Assembly (NCBI GenBank): GCA_951406725.2
Contig: OX597817.1
Coordinates: 152,024,001 to 152,088,000, forward strand
Direction of reading: 5' to 3'
Length of the DNA: 64,000 nucleotides
Source: Octopus vulgaris
Taxonomy: Eukaryota
A model generated the notes under the pieces. It was given only the letters and a program-made list of their open reading frames with translations. It did no database searches and was not told the origin of the DNA. Position 1 is the first letter of the stretch, and the number at the start of each line of letters is the position of its first letter. Below are positions 40,051 through 54,500 of the stretch, in pieces. The translations under genes and the position numbers were made by a program.

Positions 40051-40251
40051 TTGTGTGTCTGTGTTTGTCCCCCTAGCATTGCTTGACAACTGATGCTGGT
40101 GTGTTTACTTCCCCGTCACTTAGCGGTTCGACAAAAAAGACCGATAGAATAAGTACTGGGCTTACAAAGAATAAGTCTCGGGGTCAATTTGCTTGACTAA
40201 AGGTGGTGCTCCAGCATGGCCGCAGTCAAATGACTGAAACAAGTAAAAGAG

Positions 40252-40301
<50 letters not shown>

Positions 40302-41720
40302 TTCACCATCAATGCTGAGTTGTAACAGTTTCACCTGAAGATTTCAGTTGTGTGAAACTCAAGTTGTGAGACAATCTCAGCTTCAGTTTCAATAAAAAAA
40401 AAATTTGTGTATGTGTGTACCTTTTGCACAAAGACTGCAACATTAACACACCCTAATAAATCATCCTACAGCTTTATGCTTTCAAACACAAAAGGAATTT
40501 CAAAACTCTCATACTTCACAAATAGGTAAGGGTTAGTGACAGGAAAAGCATCTGGTTGTAAAATAATACCACATTAATGTTCATCCAGCCAATGTTAATA
40601 TGATTAAAAAAAAAGACAAATATAAAATAAAATAAATTAATGGACAAACTTATTTATCTTAGATCTTCAACTGAATTTGAACAACATCAAAGAAGCTTTA
40701 CCATTTCTAAGAACACTTGAAATATTTAAGTCTAAAATAATCAACATACTTTTATAAGTTTCTAAAACATATTAAATTTCAAATGCACATCAACCAGTTA
40801 TGAACATTCTTTAGAGAAAGTCTATCAACTTAAGACATAAATGCTTCGGCAATAACAATTTACGACTCTACACCTACCCCACCCCCTCAGCTTTCATTTG
40901 CAAGTGAGAATAATTTGGTAGCATCTGCCATGTATTTGTTAATTGTGTTAAATGCCTATGTATTTGTGAAGGTGCATGGCTTAGTGGTTAGAGCAGTGCT
41001 TTTCAAACTTTTTGCTGGAGCGGAACCCCAAGGAAACATTCCACTGGCTCAAGGAACCCCTGTGCAATAATTTAATAGTCTTATGCACACATATCTGCAC
41101 AGGAGAATTAAAAATTACTGCCGATTTTTAGCAGTTTTGTAACTTCTTGCGGAACCCCTGGACTGTACTGGCAGAACCCTGGTTGAAAACCACTGGGTTA
41201 GAGTATTGGACTTAAACTTGTGACATTGTGAGTTCAATTCTTTTACTGTGTTGTGTTCTTGAGCAAGACACTTTATTTCACATTGCTCCAGTTTACTCAA
41301 CTGAAAAAATGAGTTGCAACGTCACTGGTTGTATTGGACAACGTTAGTGGTGTGGAAAGTGGTGTGTGCATGGGTAACTGTTGGTTTTCCATAAACAACC
41401 TTGCCTGGACTCGTGCCTCAGAGGGTAACTTTCTAGGTGCAATCTCAGAGTCATTCTTGAATTAAGGGTGTCTTTGTTTGCTTAAATATTTATCAGTAGA
41501 CATAGACATCTTCTCAGCAGAACATCGAAGATGGCACAGGAGTGGCTGTGTGGTAAAAAAACTTGCTTACCAACCACATGATTCCAGGTTCATTCCCACT
41601 GCATGGCACCTTGGGCAAGCGTCTTCTTCTATAGCCTCGGGGCAACCAAAGCCTTATGAGTGAATTTGGTAGATGGAAACTGAAAGAAGCCCATCGTATA
41701 TGTGTGTGTGTGTGTGTTTA

Positions 41721-41775
<55 letters not shown>

Positions 41776-43004
41776 TTGTGTATTTGTTTGTGTGTCTGTG
41801 TTTGTCCCCCCCAACATTGCTTGACAACCGATGCTGGTGTGTTTACGTCCCCATAACTTAGCAGTTCGGCAAAAGAGACTGATAGAATAAGTACTAGGCT
41901 TACAGAGAATAAGTCCTGGGGTTGATTTGCTCGACTAAATGCAGTGCTCCAGCATGGCCACAGTCAAATGACTGAAAAAAGAGTATATTAGAGCTAGGAG
42001 GGGGAGGGGCTGCATCCACACTTCACTGGTACTCATTTACAATTGAGTAGACTGGAAGCATGTGGAGTGCCTTGCCCAAGGGCACAGTGTACTGCCTGGT
42101 GCAGAAATTGAACCCATGACTTTATGATCATGATATTAACACCTACACTTACCATCTGACCATATTAACACCATTTGTATTGCTACCATTTTAGTAACTA
42201 CCACATATTTTAATAACTGTTGACCATTTTTATTGCAAGATAATTCAGTTTGGCGAACCACAAGGCAGACAGAGAACCAGTCTAGATGTTTGTAATATGT
42301 GGATGCCTGTTAGGGGACAAGCTAACAGAATCATTAGCATGTCGGGCGAAATGCTTAGTGGTATTTCGTCTGCCACTACGTTCTCAGTTCAAATTCTGCC
42401 GAGGTCGACTTTGCCTTTCATCCTTTCGGGGTCGATTAAATAAGTACCAGTTATGCACTGAGGTCGATATAATCGGCTTAATCCGTTGGTCTGTCCTTGT
42501 TTGTCCTCTCTGTGTTTAGCCGCTTGTGGGTAGTAAAGAAATAGGTATTTTGTCTGTCTTTTGTTTGTCTTCCATGTGTTAATATGTACTACCTTGCGAC
42601 GATGTAAATTTTCACTTATCAAGATATTCTTGGCTTGAAGAGTAGCCTCTGGTATACACTTTGCTTGGATATTTACCACTTCCGAGGTTCTGAGTTCAAA
42701 TTCCACCAGGGTTGACTTTGCCTTTCATTCTTTCAGGGTCGATAAATTAAGTACCTGTTGCATACTGGGGTCAATCTAATCGACTGGCCCCCTCCCCCAA
42801 AATTTCAGGCCTTGTGGCTAGAGTAGAAAAGAATATGTGGATGCCTCTCAATTCTAAACACTGAGCTCTTATCAGCTTCAACTTCATTTCATCCTTCTGG
42901 ATTGATAAGACAAACCCCAGAATATTTTATATTAATTTTAAGTATCTTTTTAATGTCTTACTCCTTGATAAAAACAATATTTCCAACTGCAATCAGATTA
43001 ATTA

Positions 43005-43046
<42 letters not shown>

Positions 43047-43737
43047 TAAATAATAGAAATTTGTTAAAAAAAGAAAATAGAAACTACAGGTGGAAATGTA
43101 AGGAGAAAGTAAGAAGAGAAAAAAGCGAAAATGCACATTGGAAATCAAAAAAAGGATAGGCTTTCTATGAAAAGTAATGATAGATATATACAATTAGATG
43201 AACTGAGGTAGGAATAAAAGTAATAAAAGTCATTATTGTGAATTGTTACAGAGATTCAAAAGCATACTGGTTTTGGGAATTTACTAATCATTGCTTTGAA
43301 TACACACACACACACACATATCTTGTATCTTTTACTTCTTTCAGTCATTAGAATGCAACCATGCTAGGGCAGTGACTTCAAGAATTTTTAGTCAAATCAA
43401 TCTTGGTACTTATTTTCCTGTTTTTTAAAGTCTGGTACTTACTCCATCAGTCACTTTTGCTGAACTACTAAGTTAGAGGAACATAAGCACACCAACACTG
43501 GTAGGAGTACAGACACACACACACACATATATATATATGTATGTATGTATATACATAATGGGCTCCTTTCAGTTTTTGTGTAACATATCCACCCACAAGG
43601 CTTTAGTTGGCCTGAGGCTATAGCAGAAGACACTTGCCCAAGATACCACGCAATGGAACTGAACCCAAAACCATAAGGTTGGGAGCAAGCTTCTTACCAC
43701 ACTTCCATGCCTACATACACACGCACACGTGTGTGTG

Positions 43738-43789
<52 letters not shown>

Positions 43790-46700
43790 GTCTTTGTGTT
43801 TTGCTCCTACATTTGTTCTGCCAACTGCTTGCTACATTATCTTGTTGTTTACTGAATTTATTTCCATATATTATTTACTCACCACTTGTTTGTTTGACGT
43901 TTTTTTGTTTCTGATGTGATTAGTAACAATGTCGGGGGGGATTAATATTTCCTAACTTTATAATCTCAATGGTGAATCAAGATAAATTTCCATCTTTAAC
44001 AACAAACTGAGATTTATGTGACTAAAGTGTTTGGGGAAAATTAAGGGATTTAGTCTTTGTTTTGATTATAATTACTTGTAGTAATTAATCACAAGTAAAA
44101 TGAATGAATAAATAAATATATAATAAATGTTTTGTTTTTTTAATTTTCTGTTTGTATGGAAAAGGTTACTATGTAAGACAAAATAACTGGGCAATTGGCA
44201 GAATTTTTAGTGTCAGGCATGTGGCATTTAGTTATGATGCTTCATATTCTAGGTTCAAATTTCACTACAGTAAACTCTGCCTTTTGTCCTTTGGTGGTGG
44301 GTAAAATAAAGTTCTAGTCAAGTACTTTGGTTGATTTAATATGCGGCAAGCTGGCAGAAACATTAGCACACCGGGCAAAATGCTTAGCGGCATTTCGTCT
44401 GCCGTTACATTCTGAGTTCAAATTCCACCAATGTCGACTTTACCTTTCATCTTTTTGGAGTCGATAAATTAAGTACCAGTTACGCACTGGGGTCGATATA
44501 ATCGACTTAATCCATTTGTCTGTCCTTGTTTGTCCTCTCTGTGTTTAACCCCTTGTGACTAGTAAATAAATAGGTATTTCATCTGTCTTCAAAAAAACCT
44601 GTGATAAAAAGAATAATGATAATAATAATAATAATAATAATAGTAAATGCCCTGATGCAGTACCAGGCAGTGGCTCCTGTGGCTTCTGATCTTAACTGAT
44701 TGGAAGTGTTATCATGTACATTGTTTTGTCTTGGTATAAAAGATGAATTCAAATTCTGCCAAGGTCGACTTTGCCTTTTATCCTTTTGAGGTTGATAAAT
44801 TAAGTACCATTTGCATACTGTGGTCAATCTAATTCACTGGCCTCCACCCCAAAAAATTTTCAGGCCTTGTGCCTAGAGTAAAAAAGAATATTCTTATAAA
44901 GACTCTGAGATGTGATTGGAATGATATGGTAGTAGAACACTTGATTACTATTTCAGAAGACAAACAACTTTGTATAAAATTATGTTTACTCTCAACTGAT
45001 TTCTCTGTTTTTGCTTAAGTTACAGTCTTTATAAATCTTAACACCTTTCATCATCTAAACACTGATAAGTCACTAGATTGTTATCATTAGCTTGATGTTT
45101 AATAGTTTTACAGCAATTGAAGCAGACAGATAACTAGATCATGGTAGAATCAAGAAATTTGTGATATATTTCTTCAGTTTAGCTATGAAATAATAAATCT
45201 CTCTTTAGTATTAGAAAGGAGGCATTGGGGATTATGATATAAAGGAGCTTGTTATGACCAAAATCCTAAGCAGTGTGTTTTTTGTGACACAGAATTACAG
45301 AAAATTATAAATTCTGTAATAGATGGCCTGAAACATATAAATTCACTTAACCTAATGACACACATCAACAGTATCAGCAACATCATCATTGTAGTTAAAT
45401 TTTCTGTGCTAGCATGGGCTGAATGGTTTGACAGGATCCAAGTGAGTTTTTACAAGAGTTACAGCCCTCCTAGATATGTTAGAGGACCAAATCTCACCCA
45501 GGCATCTCTCTTTTGGAATGGTTTCTATATGTTCTTCCTAACACCAACCACTTTACAGAGTGTACAAGGTGCATTTTATCATGGCACCAGCACTAGTGAG
45601 GTTGTCTTATCACTCACAAGACTGAAGACTCCCAAATCAGAGAAGAAGAAGAAAGGCTGATGGCTTTTGATGAGGTCTTGAGACAAGTTAAATCCATTGT
45701 ATTTTGAAAACTCGATTTTGTTACCATTGAGCATCTCTACCTTCCTTGGATGCTTGTGTTTTTAATCTCCTGCACAAAATGACTAATCTCTTGTTTCAGG
45801 ATATATAACAGAAACTAATGAATATGGATTATTAAACTTGAGATTCTATACTAATTATATAACATACATCAATCATGTCCATCCCAGTTTGAAATTGTAT
45901 AACATATATCATGTCTCAGTTGATATTGTGAAGTAAATTGCAACAATTTCTATAGATTTTTTAATGCACATCTTATGTAAAAATCGTTCATGTTTGTTAT
46001 ACATACACACATGAGGATAAAACATCTATCCTGTGCACAAATGTGCTAAAATGAGTGAATTTTGTTTTCTTCTGTGATGAGGTGGTGTGAGCTTTGACTT
46101 CTAGAAGAGTGAAAATTAGAATCCTGATCTTTCTGCCTTTCTCAAGGATATTAACAAAATAAATTAAATGCATAGAACTTAGCATAGATCAAATTTTCTG
46201 ATGCAGCCCTTCACAAGGGATATGACAAAAGATATATAAAGGGAGTTGATTTAGCACCTGTTTTCCATACTGGCATGGGTTGGATAGGTTGGCAGGAGCT
46301 GGCAAGGCCAGGAACTGCACCAGGATCCATAGTCTGTTTTGGTTTTGTTTCTACAGCTGGATGCCCTTCCTAATGCCACCCACTTTACAATGTGTATTGG
46401 TTGTTTTTTTTACATAGCTTCAACACCAGTGCTTTTTATGTGGCACCAGCATCGGTGCTTTTTACATGGCACCAGCACCGGTGCTTTTTGTGTGGCTCCA
46501 GCATGAATGCTTTTTCCATGACACCTTCGTTTTATGATATCAAATTTATTCAATTTATTCAAGCCTGGAAAAAGAGAAGGTAATATATTGAAAGTGATGA
46601 CAGTGATGACAGTAATAACACTGAAGATAATGACTAAATATGAGAAAGGGAATTTATTTTTAAAATCTTTTGTCTGCAGCAAAATATCTAAATTCACAAA

Positions 46701-49700
46701 TCCCCCCCTATAAAAATTAATATAAAACAGTCAACAAACAATATTTGGAATTTAGTCCGAATCTCTCATCTTGAACATGTTATGACAATGTTTAGAGAAC
46801 ATGTTAAATATTTAATTCCAGTGTTGTTACAAAGCTGTCAATAATGGATTTTCTATGGATATTTTTAGAAATGAGTCAAAAATATTGAGGTATTGGTAAT
46901 GTATGACAGGTTGATAAAAGAATTGGTCTTAGATTAGAATAATTCAAATTGATTTATGCATGCTTAATTAAGGTGGTGGGTAAAATATATTTTTTTAAAA
47001 TTTGGGATGATTCTTCAGTGCAAATTTTAAAACAGCAATAGGTTTCTCTAGAATTTATTCTTTAAAAAATTAAATTTTGGCATAGTGAGGTTCCAGTTTC
47101 AACTACCAGTAACTGTATCATTTTAAGATGTATTTTTGTTTTGTTTTGTTTTTTGGTAGGGTGTAAGGCTTAAAAACAGGAAGCATGTAAAAAACACCAT
47201 TTGAGCGTAGCTGTAGAAATTCTGCCAGATCAGATTGGAGCCTGGTGCAGCCATCTGGTTAGCCAGTCCTCAGTCAAATCGTCCAACCCATGCTAGCATG
47301 GAAAGCGGATGTATGACGATGATGATGATGATAGCTTTTTTTTGGAATCAATTTTGTATAAGATTCAAATTCAATACAAAAGGTTCCCATGTAAACTCCC
47401 TTTCATTTTATTATGTCTTTAATTCAATATTATCTCATAATGCCTTTAATACTATTCCTACATACATATATAGAACCTATAAACTAGGAAACAGGCTGTC
47501 ATACTTGGAACAGAGTGTATATTATTAATGAGATCATGGATAGCAACAAAAGGACTTAGCTAACTGATTGACCAAACAATTAATCAAATAATCGATTAGT
47601 TAATTGGTTAAATATTAATGAATTGACAATTAATTATAATAATAAAAGTGAAACAGAACCAGTGTATTTGTTTATTATGGGCATAATGACCCTCCTGTGT
47701 TACATAATTATTAACAAATATATAATTTTATTCAGTCTCTATCAAAAATGGTATCAAAATCTTTAAAATGTTCTTCCACTAAATTTTACAATTTCTACTT
47801 TATTTATTTATCTTTTACTTTTAGCTTTGTTGATGAACCAAAAGTTGGAGAAAAACGCTACATTATGACCAGTGCAATGAAAATTGGTCCTTCCTACATG
47901 ATACAGTTTAATATATCACTGGGTTGTGGCATCCCATTTGTACCAGGTCTGGACAATAAAGTACGACTGGAATATTCTATTGATCATGGTCTCACATGGA
48001 GTCTTGTTGAGAAAGCTTGTCTCCCACCAGAACGATGTGAAGAGTACAATGCAGGAACTGTATATGATTATTTTGAGTATCCTATGTGGAGTAGAATCAC
48101 AATTCTTTTACCTCCTGATACTTGGTAAGTAATGTCTAATATTTGCTTTCAAAGACATAAATTCTACCAAATTCTAGATCTGATATTTACTTTCAAAGAT
48201 TACATTTTAATAAATCTATGATAGTTCTAATTTTGAAGTAATAATTTTGAGACAAAAATCCCAGCTAATGGGAAAAAAAACTTTGGTTTCAATCCCTGAT
48301 GTTTTGATGTTCCAATTTCTGCCCATGTTTTTCCTGTGGATGTGCAAGCTACAAGTGTTCAAATTTAGCATCAGCCATATTGATCTAACCAGTGTAGAAG
48401 GACTTACAAAGATCATGTGCACTGACCTTTCTTTACTAACTCATAAAAAAAAAAGCCTAATTTATAAGTTCATGAACAGACCACATAACTTGAACAAAGT
48501 GTAAATTCTGCTGTTTTAGACAACATAGCTGAAAGATGAATGTTATTTTCAATTCACAGTTGAATGCTTGCCATGAGAAAGTTATGTCCATTCAAAAAAT
48601 ACAATACTGAAAATTTATCCAATCCATGGAGACAATAAAAACATTCAATTCTAAAAAAAAGTACTGTCCCAACTAAATCAACCCATGCAAACATGGAAAA
48701 CCAAGAAATGATGTAAAATGTTTGAGAAAAAATAGGCAAAAAAAATAGAAAGAAAAGAAATAACATTTTTAGAACATTGTTTTCTAAATGCTACATTAGC
48801 GTCCTCTCATTGGTTGAAAGCATGTTCCATAGTCATATTAAATTCTCACTTGTTTAGTCAACCAATAATTCTTTGGGAAGGAATCAATGAGTAATATTTT
48901 AATCAATAAAACATTTTTTTGAAAAATGGAAACAAGTATCTTGTTTGTTTGGAAATAAACTATTATTTGGAGTTAGTTCAACAAAACTACTGAAACCTGA
49001 AACTATCGTCATTCACCATAATTATCACCATTAGCACCATTACAATCATCCCTGTTGAATTTAATATTATTGTTATTCATTTCTCTCATAGGATACTAGA
49101 AATAGTATAGGTTTTGGCAGCATTTTGTTATCTCCCTTTGTAGTTTATGTTCAAACCCTGCTGGTATTGGCTTAGCCTTTCCCTTAGATATTATTGTTGA
49201 TAATTCAAAAAGCCATTAAAAACAGCAGAACACTAGATTACAGTCTTTAAAGCATTTAATGAATTAAACACTACTTGCTTTTTTTTTTTTTTATTTGTTT
49301 CAGCTCAAAATTGTGGCCATGCTGGGGCATTGCCATTTTGCTAGCTACTAGAATAAGAATAGCTGGACAAAGTTCAGAGAGCTCCTACCTCTGCTAGTGA
49401 CAATGGTCCTCTCGCTCAGAGTAAAAGGTAGACTGTATGACACGTGTGTGAACAGCCATTCAATATGGCTCAATAAAGAATCATTCTCACTCTCTTTCAT
49501 TGCTTTCTCTCTATCTATCTTTCTCTCTCTCCCTCTCTCTCGTACTTAAACTTTTTGACTCTTAAATATGTCCACCCTCTTTTTGATTTTATTATTCTAT
49601 TCCCAAACCACATCATTTTCATGAGATTTCTGTCACTGTTACAATTAGAAACATCATAGCACGAGTGTAGAATGTGACCACCTTCTTATTGCATATATGG

Positions 49701-51386
49701 CTGCACAGGATATGTATCTTTGCTCTACTATCTGTATTGAGTATATGTTTTACTTTCCAGGTCTCGTGCAACTAAATTCCGGTTAATTCAAAATGAGTGG
49801 AGCCCCACAGATACATGGGCCGTTGATAGACTCTATATTGGGCAACAATGTCCTCACATGTGTCATGGTCATGGCATTTGTGACAAAGGAGTATGCAGGT
49901 GAGTTATTGTATTGGTTTTTATGTTGTGAATTGGCAGAGTTCTTGAAATGTCAACCAAAATACCTTGTGGTATCTATTCAGGTAATTTGCATTCTGAGTT
50001 CAAATCCTACCAGGGTCAACTTTGTCTATGGTCCTTCTCGTTGATGGACTAAAAGACATGTTAGAGTATCAGAAAAGATGGTGAGTGGTATTTGTTCCAG
50101 CTCTTTCTGTTCTGATTTTCCACTCTGTTGAAAGTAACTTGGGCTAGCTCTCCCATTTGAGGACATCTTCTACCTCCTCTTCTACATTTCTCAGAAGTCC
50201 TATGAGGAGTCATGGACACTATCCCTTCCCTTTGACTAGATTGAAAAAATAAATGTGACACATTGTTGATGTCATAAGAATTTATAAATTCTAAAGAAAA
50301 TGTGAAATAATTTATTTTTTTTTGCTCTCGAGGCACACCACATAAAGACATAAATAACAGCATATAAATATATTGGGTTGAAAATCCCTTTAAAATTAAT
50401 TAAAATTAATAAAAAATTTAAATTCTGAAAGATATCTCTTCTCTGAAAAAAGGGAAAAAAAAAAAAAAAACTTGAAATTTATTTTTTTTTTAAAGAAAAT
50501 GAAAGGGAAATGCTGAGGTTGAAGAGTCCCTGGGAAATAAGTTCTGTGATTTGTTTGGATGCAGACGAAGGGCAGGGAAGGGATTGGAAACGTCATTAAG
50601 GTGGGTGGGTGGGGAGTTGTGTTTGTTGGTAGTTCGTCTATTGTTATAACACTGGGATAGTTCTGGTGGAAGAGGAGATGAGTACGGGGGAGGAGAGACC
50701 ATCCATGTTATTGTAACTGGTCAGCCCCACGGTCAATGGCATGTATGGACTGGCGTAGCTAGGAAACTGGAAGGCGCTGGAAGTCCTATGGGCAGCCTTT
50801 GACTTTTTCTATCTAAAATGGTGGTTTTTCACCCCATTATTTACAAGCTTTTATTTATAGCTTTATGTGGTATGCCTTGAAAGCCAATATTCCAAAAAAG
50901 AAGTAAGTCTATCAATAGGAGGACTGAAGAAGAATTTGGTAAGCTTAATTACCATGTGGAGTGAAGAATTTGATATTCTACACTCATGCCCTTCATCTGC
51001 GTGCAAGAAAGATAAAGTATTGTTGCTTTGAGCAGTGTTGTAGCTAGAATGTGTGCCACTCAGGGTAGCCCCTGAGTTGGCTAGATCTCCTCTCCAGACC
51101 TCAGCTTTTACAGGTTTATACAGGAGACCCAAAAGTGCTACCCCAATAAACCAACTCTCTCCACCCCATCCCTGGCTACACCATTGTTTGGTCACAAGCT
51201 AACTGAAATTTATCAAGTCAGTTCAATGATAAAATGTTCAAGTGTTTTATTTGAGATGTAATAGGTTTGTTCTCTCTACTTCATATTGTTACTCAAATAG
51301 TTTTGCCAATTTTTTTATTATTATTTCAATTGATGTTCTTAATGTACTGAATAGTAGTAACAAGATAATATAACTTACTTATAATG

Positions 51387-51429
<43 letters not shown>

Positions 51430-51460
51430 GACATAAACCAATATAAATAAATTATATATA

Positions 51461-51522
<62 letters not shown>

Positions 51523-54500
51523 CCACTATTGAGGTTGTGAGCTCGAATCCCGGACGGGGCTGCGTGTTGTGTTCTTGAGCAAGGCACTTTATTTCACGTT
51601 GCTCCAGTTCACTCAGCTGTAGAAATGAGTTGCGACGTCACAGGTGCCAAGCTGTATCGGCCCTATTTCCCTTGGACAACATCGGTGATATGGAGAGGAG
51701 GCCGGTATATATATGGTCTTCCATAAATACAACCTTGCCCAGACTTGTGCCTAGAGGGTATCTCTCTAGGTAAACCCATATCATGCCTGACCGAAGGGGT
51801 CTATACCCCTTTATATATATATAATATATTATTTTTTTTATACATATATTAGTACAGATGTACATATGTTGAGTCAGCAGCTTGGTTTTTCTTTACCATC
51901 GAAGTAAATTCATTTCAACTGCATAATTAATGATCTTGAGAAAGACAGAAGCATCACAGGAAATTACTTTACTTCCAAATAAGAAAAATCATAAATGCAC
52001 ATTACACAGAAAACTTTTATAAATCAATGAGAAAACCATTTCCATTCCTTGCACTTCTTGTATTTTCAATCTGCTTTTCTTTGAGTTTTCCATGGTTTTG
52101 ATTATACATATAATCATTTGGCAAGGAGATTATTTAGCTACATAGTGTTTGTGTTTTTCTGCACCAAATGAGGGAATTGGACTCGATTGGGGTCATGATT
52201 GTCATCATCGTGGTATCAGCAGTAGTAAGGCGGCGAGCTGGCAGAAACGGTAGCACGCCGGGCGAAATGCTTAGCAGTATTTTGTCTGCCACTACATTCT
52301 GAGTTCAAATTCCGCCAAGGTCGACTTTGCCTTTCATCCTTTCGGGGTCGATTAAATAAGTACCAGTTACGCACTGGAGTCGATATAATCAACTTAATCC
52401 GTTTGTCTGTCCTTGTTTTTCCTCTCTGTGTTTAGCCCCTTGTGGGTAATAAAGAAATAGGTATCAGCAGTAGTAAATCCCAGTCAGTTCTGACTGAGCA
52501 GACTTATCAATCATCCCAGCTTATTCTTTTTTTTCTTTTTCCACTGTATAGTGTATCTAGAACTACCTTATTCAATGTGTTCCTTTTAATTAATTAATTA
52601 ATTAAATCAGTAGGGTCTGATTTGAGGGAGATTTGCCTGCTATTCCTAACAGACCAATCACACAGGCCAAGAGTTGAGAAAGCTATCATTGATGAAATTG
52701 TAAATGGTTAAAAAAAAATGACTCTGGTTAACCTAACTGATTTATTGATTGGCCAATCAATTGATTAAATGTTTAACTAGCTGACTTTTGATCATATTCA
52801 TAATCCTTAAGGTGGCAAGATGGCAGAATTGTTAGTATGCTGGACAAAATGCTAAGTGATATTTCATCCATCTGCATGTTCATCATCACCATCATCATTG
52901 TTTAACATCTGCTTTCCATGCTAGCATGGGTTGGACGATTTGACTGAGGACTGGCGAACCAGATGGCTACACCAGGCTCCAGTCTGATCAGGCAGAGTTT
53001 CTACAGCTGGATGTCCTTCCTAACGCCAACCACTCCGAGAGTGTAGTGGGTGATTTTACGTGCCATCCATTGAGGTCAACTCTGCCTTCCAGCTTTTCAG
53101 GGTCAATAAAATAAATACCAGTTAAGTACTGGTGTTGATGTAATCAATTTACCCCTCCCCCTGAAATTGAGGGATTTGTACCAAAATTTGAAACCAATAT
53201 TGATAATCCTTACAAGAGACAAGGCCTGAAATTTGTGGGAGGAGGACAGTCAATCACATTGGCCCAAGTATTCAACTCGTATGTATTGTATTGACCCTGA
53301 AAGGATGAGAAGCAAAGTTGATCTCATTGGAATTTGAATTTAGAATGTAAAGTCATGGAATGTTGCCAAATATTTTGTCCATTATTTACATTTGACGGAT
53401 ATTTGTCCTCATCTTGTTTGTTGTTAACACAACGTTTCGGCTGATATACCCTCCAGCCTTCATCAGGAGTCTTGGGGGAAATTTCGAGTCTGGAATGAGA
53501 ACCCAGGTTCAAAATTTCCCCCAAGACACCTGAAGTAGGCTGGAGGGTATATCAGCCGAAACGTTGTGTTAACAACAAACAAGATGAGGACAAATATCCA
53601 TCAAATGTAAATAATGTAAATAGTGTAAATAATTCCTCATCTATTAAAAATAGAACTGTATTATTTTGTCCATTGTGCTAATAATTCTGCCAATTTGCCT
53701 CCTTAATTATTATAATAATAATAATGAAAGGAGTGAAATAGAACCAGTGTGTTTATTATTGACACAGTGACCCTCCTCAGATACAATCAACTACATAGAG
53801 TATTATCTATAAAAAAGCATAGCAGTGCTATCTATTCTTTTATTTGCTTCAGTCATTTGACTGCAGCCATGCTGGAGCACCGCCTTTAGTCAAACAAATT
53901 GACCCCAGGACTTATTCTTTGTAAGCCTAGTACTTATTCTATCGGTCTCTTTTGCCGAACTGCTAAGTTATGGGGACATAAATACACCAACATCAGTTGT
54001 CAAGCAATGGTGGGAGGACAAACACAGACATACAAACACACACACACACACACAACAGGCTTCTTTCAGTTTCCATCTACCAAATCCACTCACAAGGTTT
54101 TGGTCGGCCCGAGGCTATAATAGAAGACACTTGCCCAAGGTGCCACACAGTGAGACTGAACCCAGGACAATGTGGTTGGTAAGCAAGCTACTTACCACAC
54201 AACCGCTCTTGCATCTATGTTGATATTATAATAATACACTTTGTGAAACTACATCTTTAGGTTTAAGCACGATTAAGAAGTTCTCTGCTCAACTAAGTTG
54301 TTTCAAGTTTGACCAATACCATCCCTCCTCTGCATGCCACCTTGGAAAAGTATCTTCTACCATAGCCATGGGTTGGACAAATCCTTCTGGTCTAGAGTGG
54401 TTGAAAATCTACACACGAATGAGTTTATTGTTTTGAGTGTTTAGAAATCTTATCTTATTGGAACAGTATCAACACCATCTACTCTCAGAGCTATTCTAAT

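Noticed and set aside
50560-51195. 110-aa minus-strand ORF in a GC-richer patch as a nested gene
   Set aside because: No recognisable domain or splice structure; more likely a decayed retroelement fragment, which I cannot classify.
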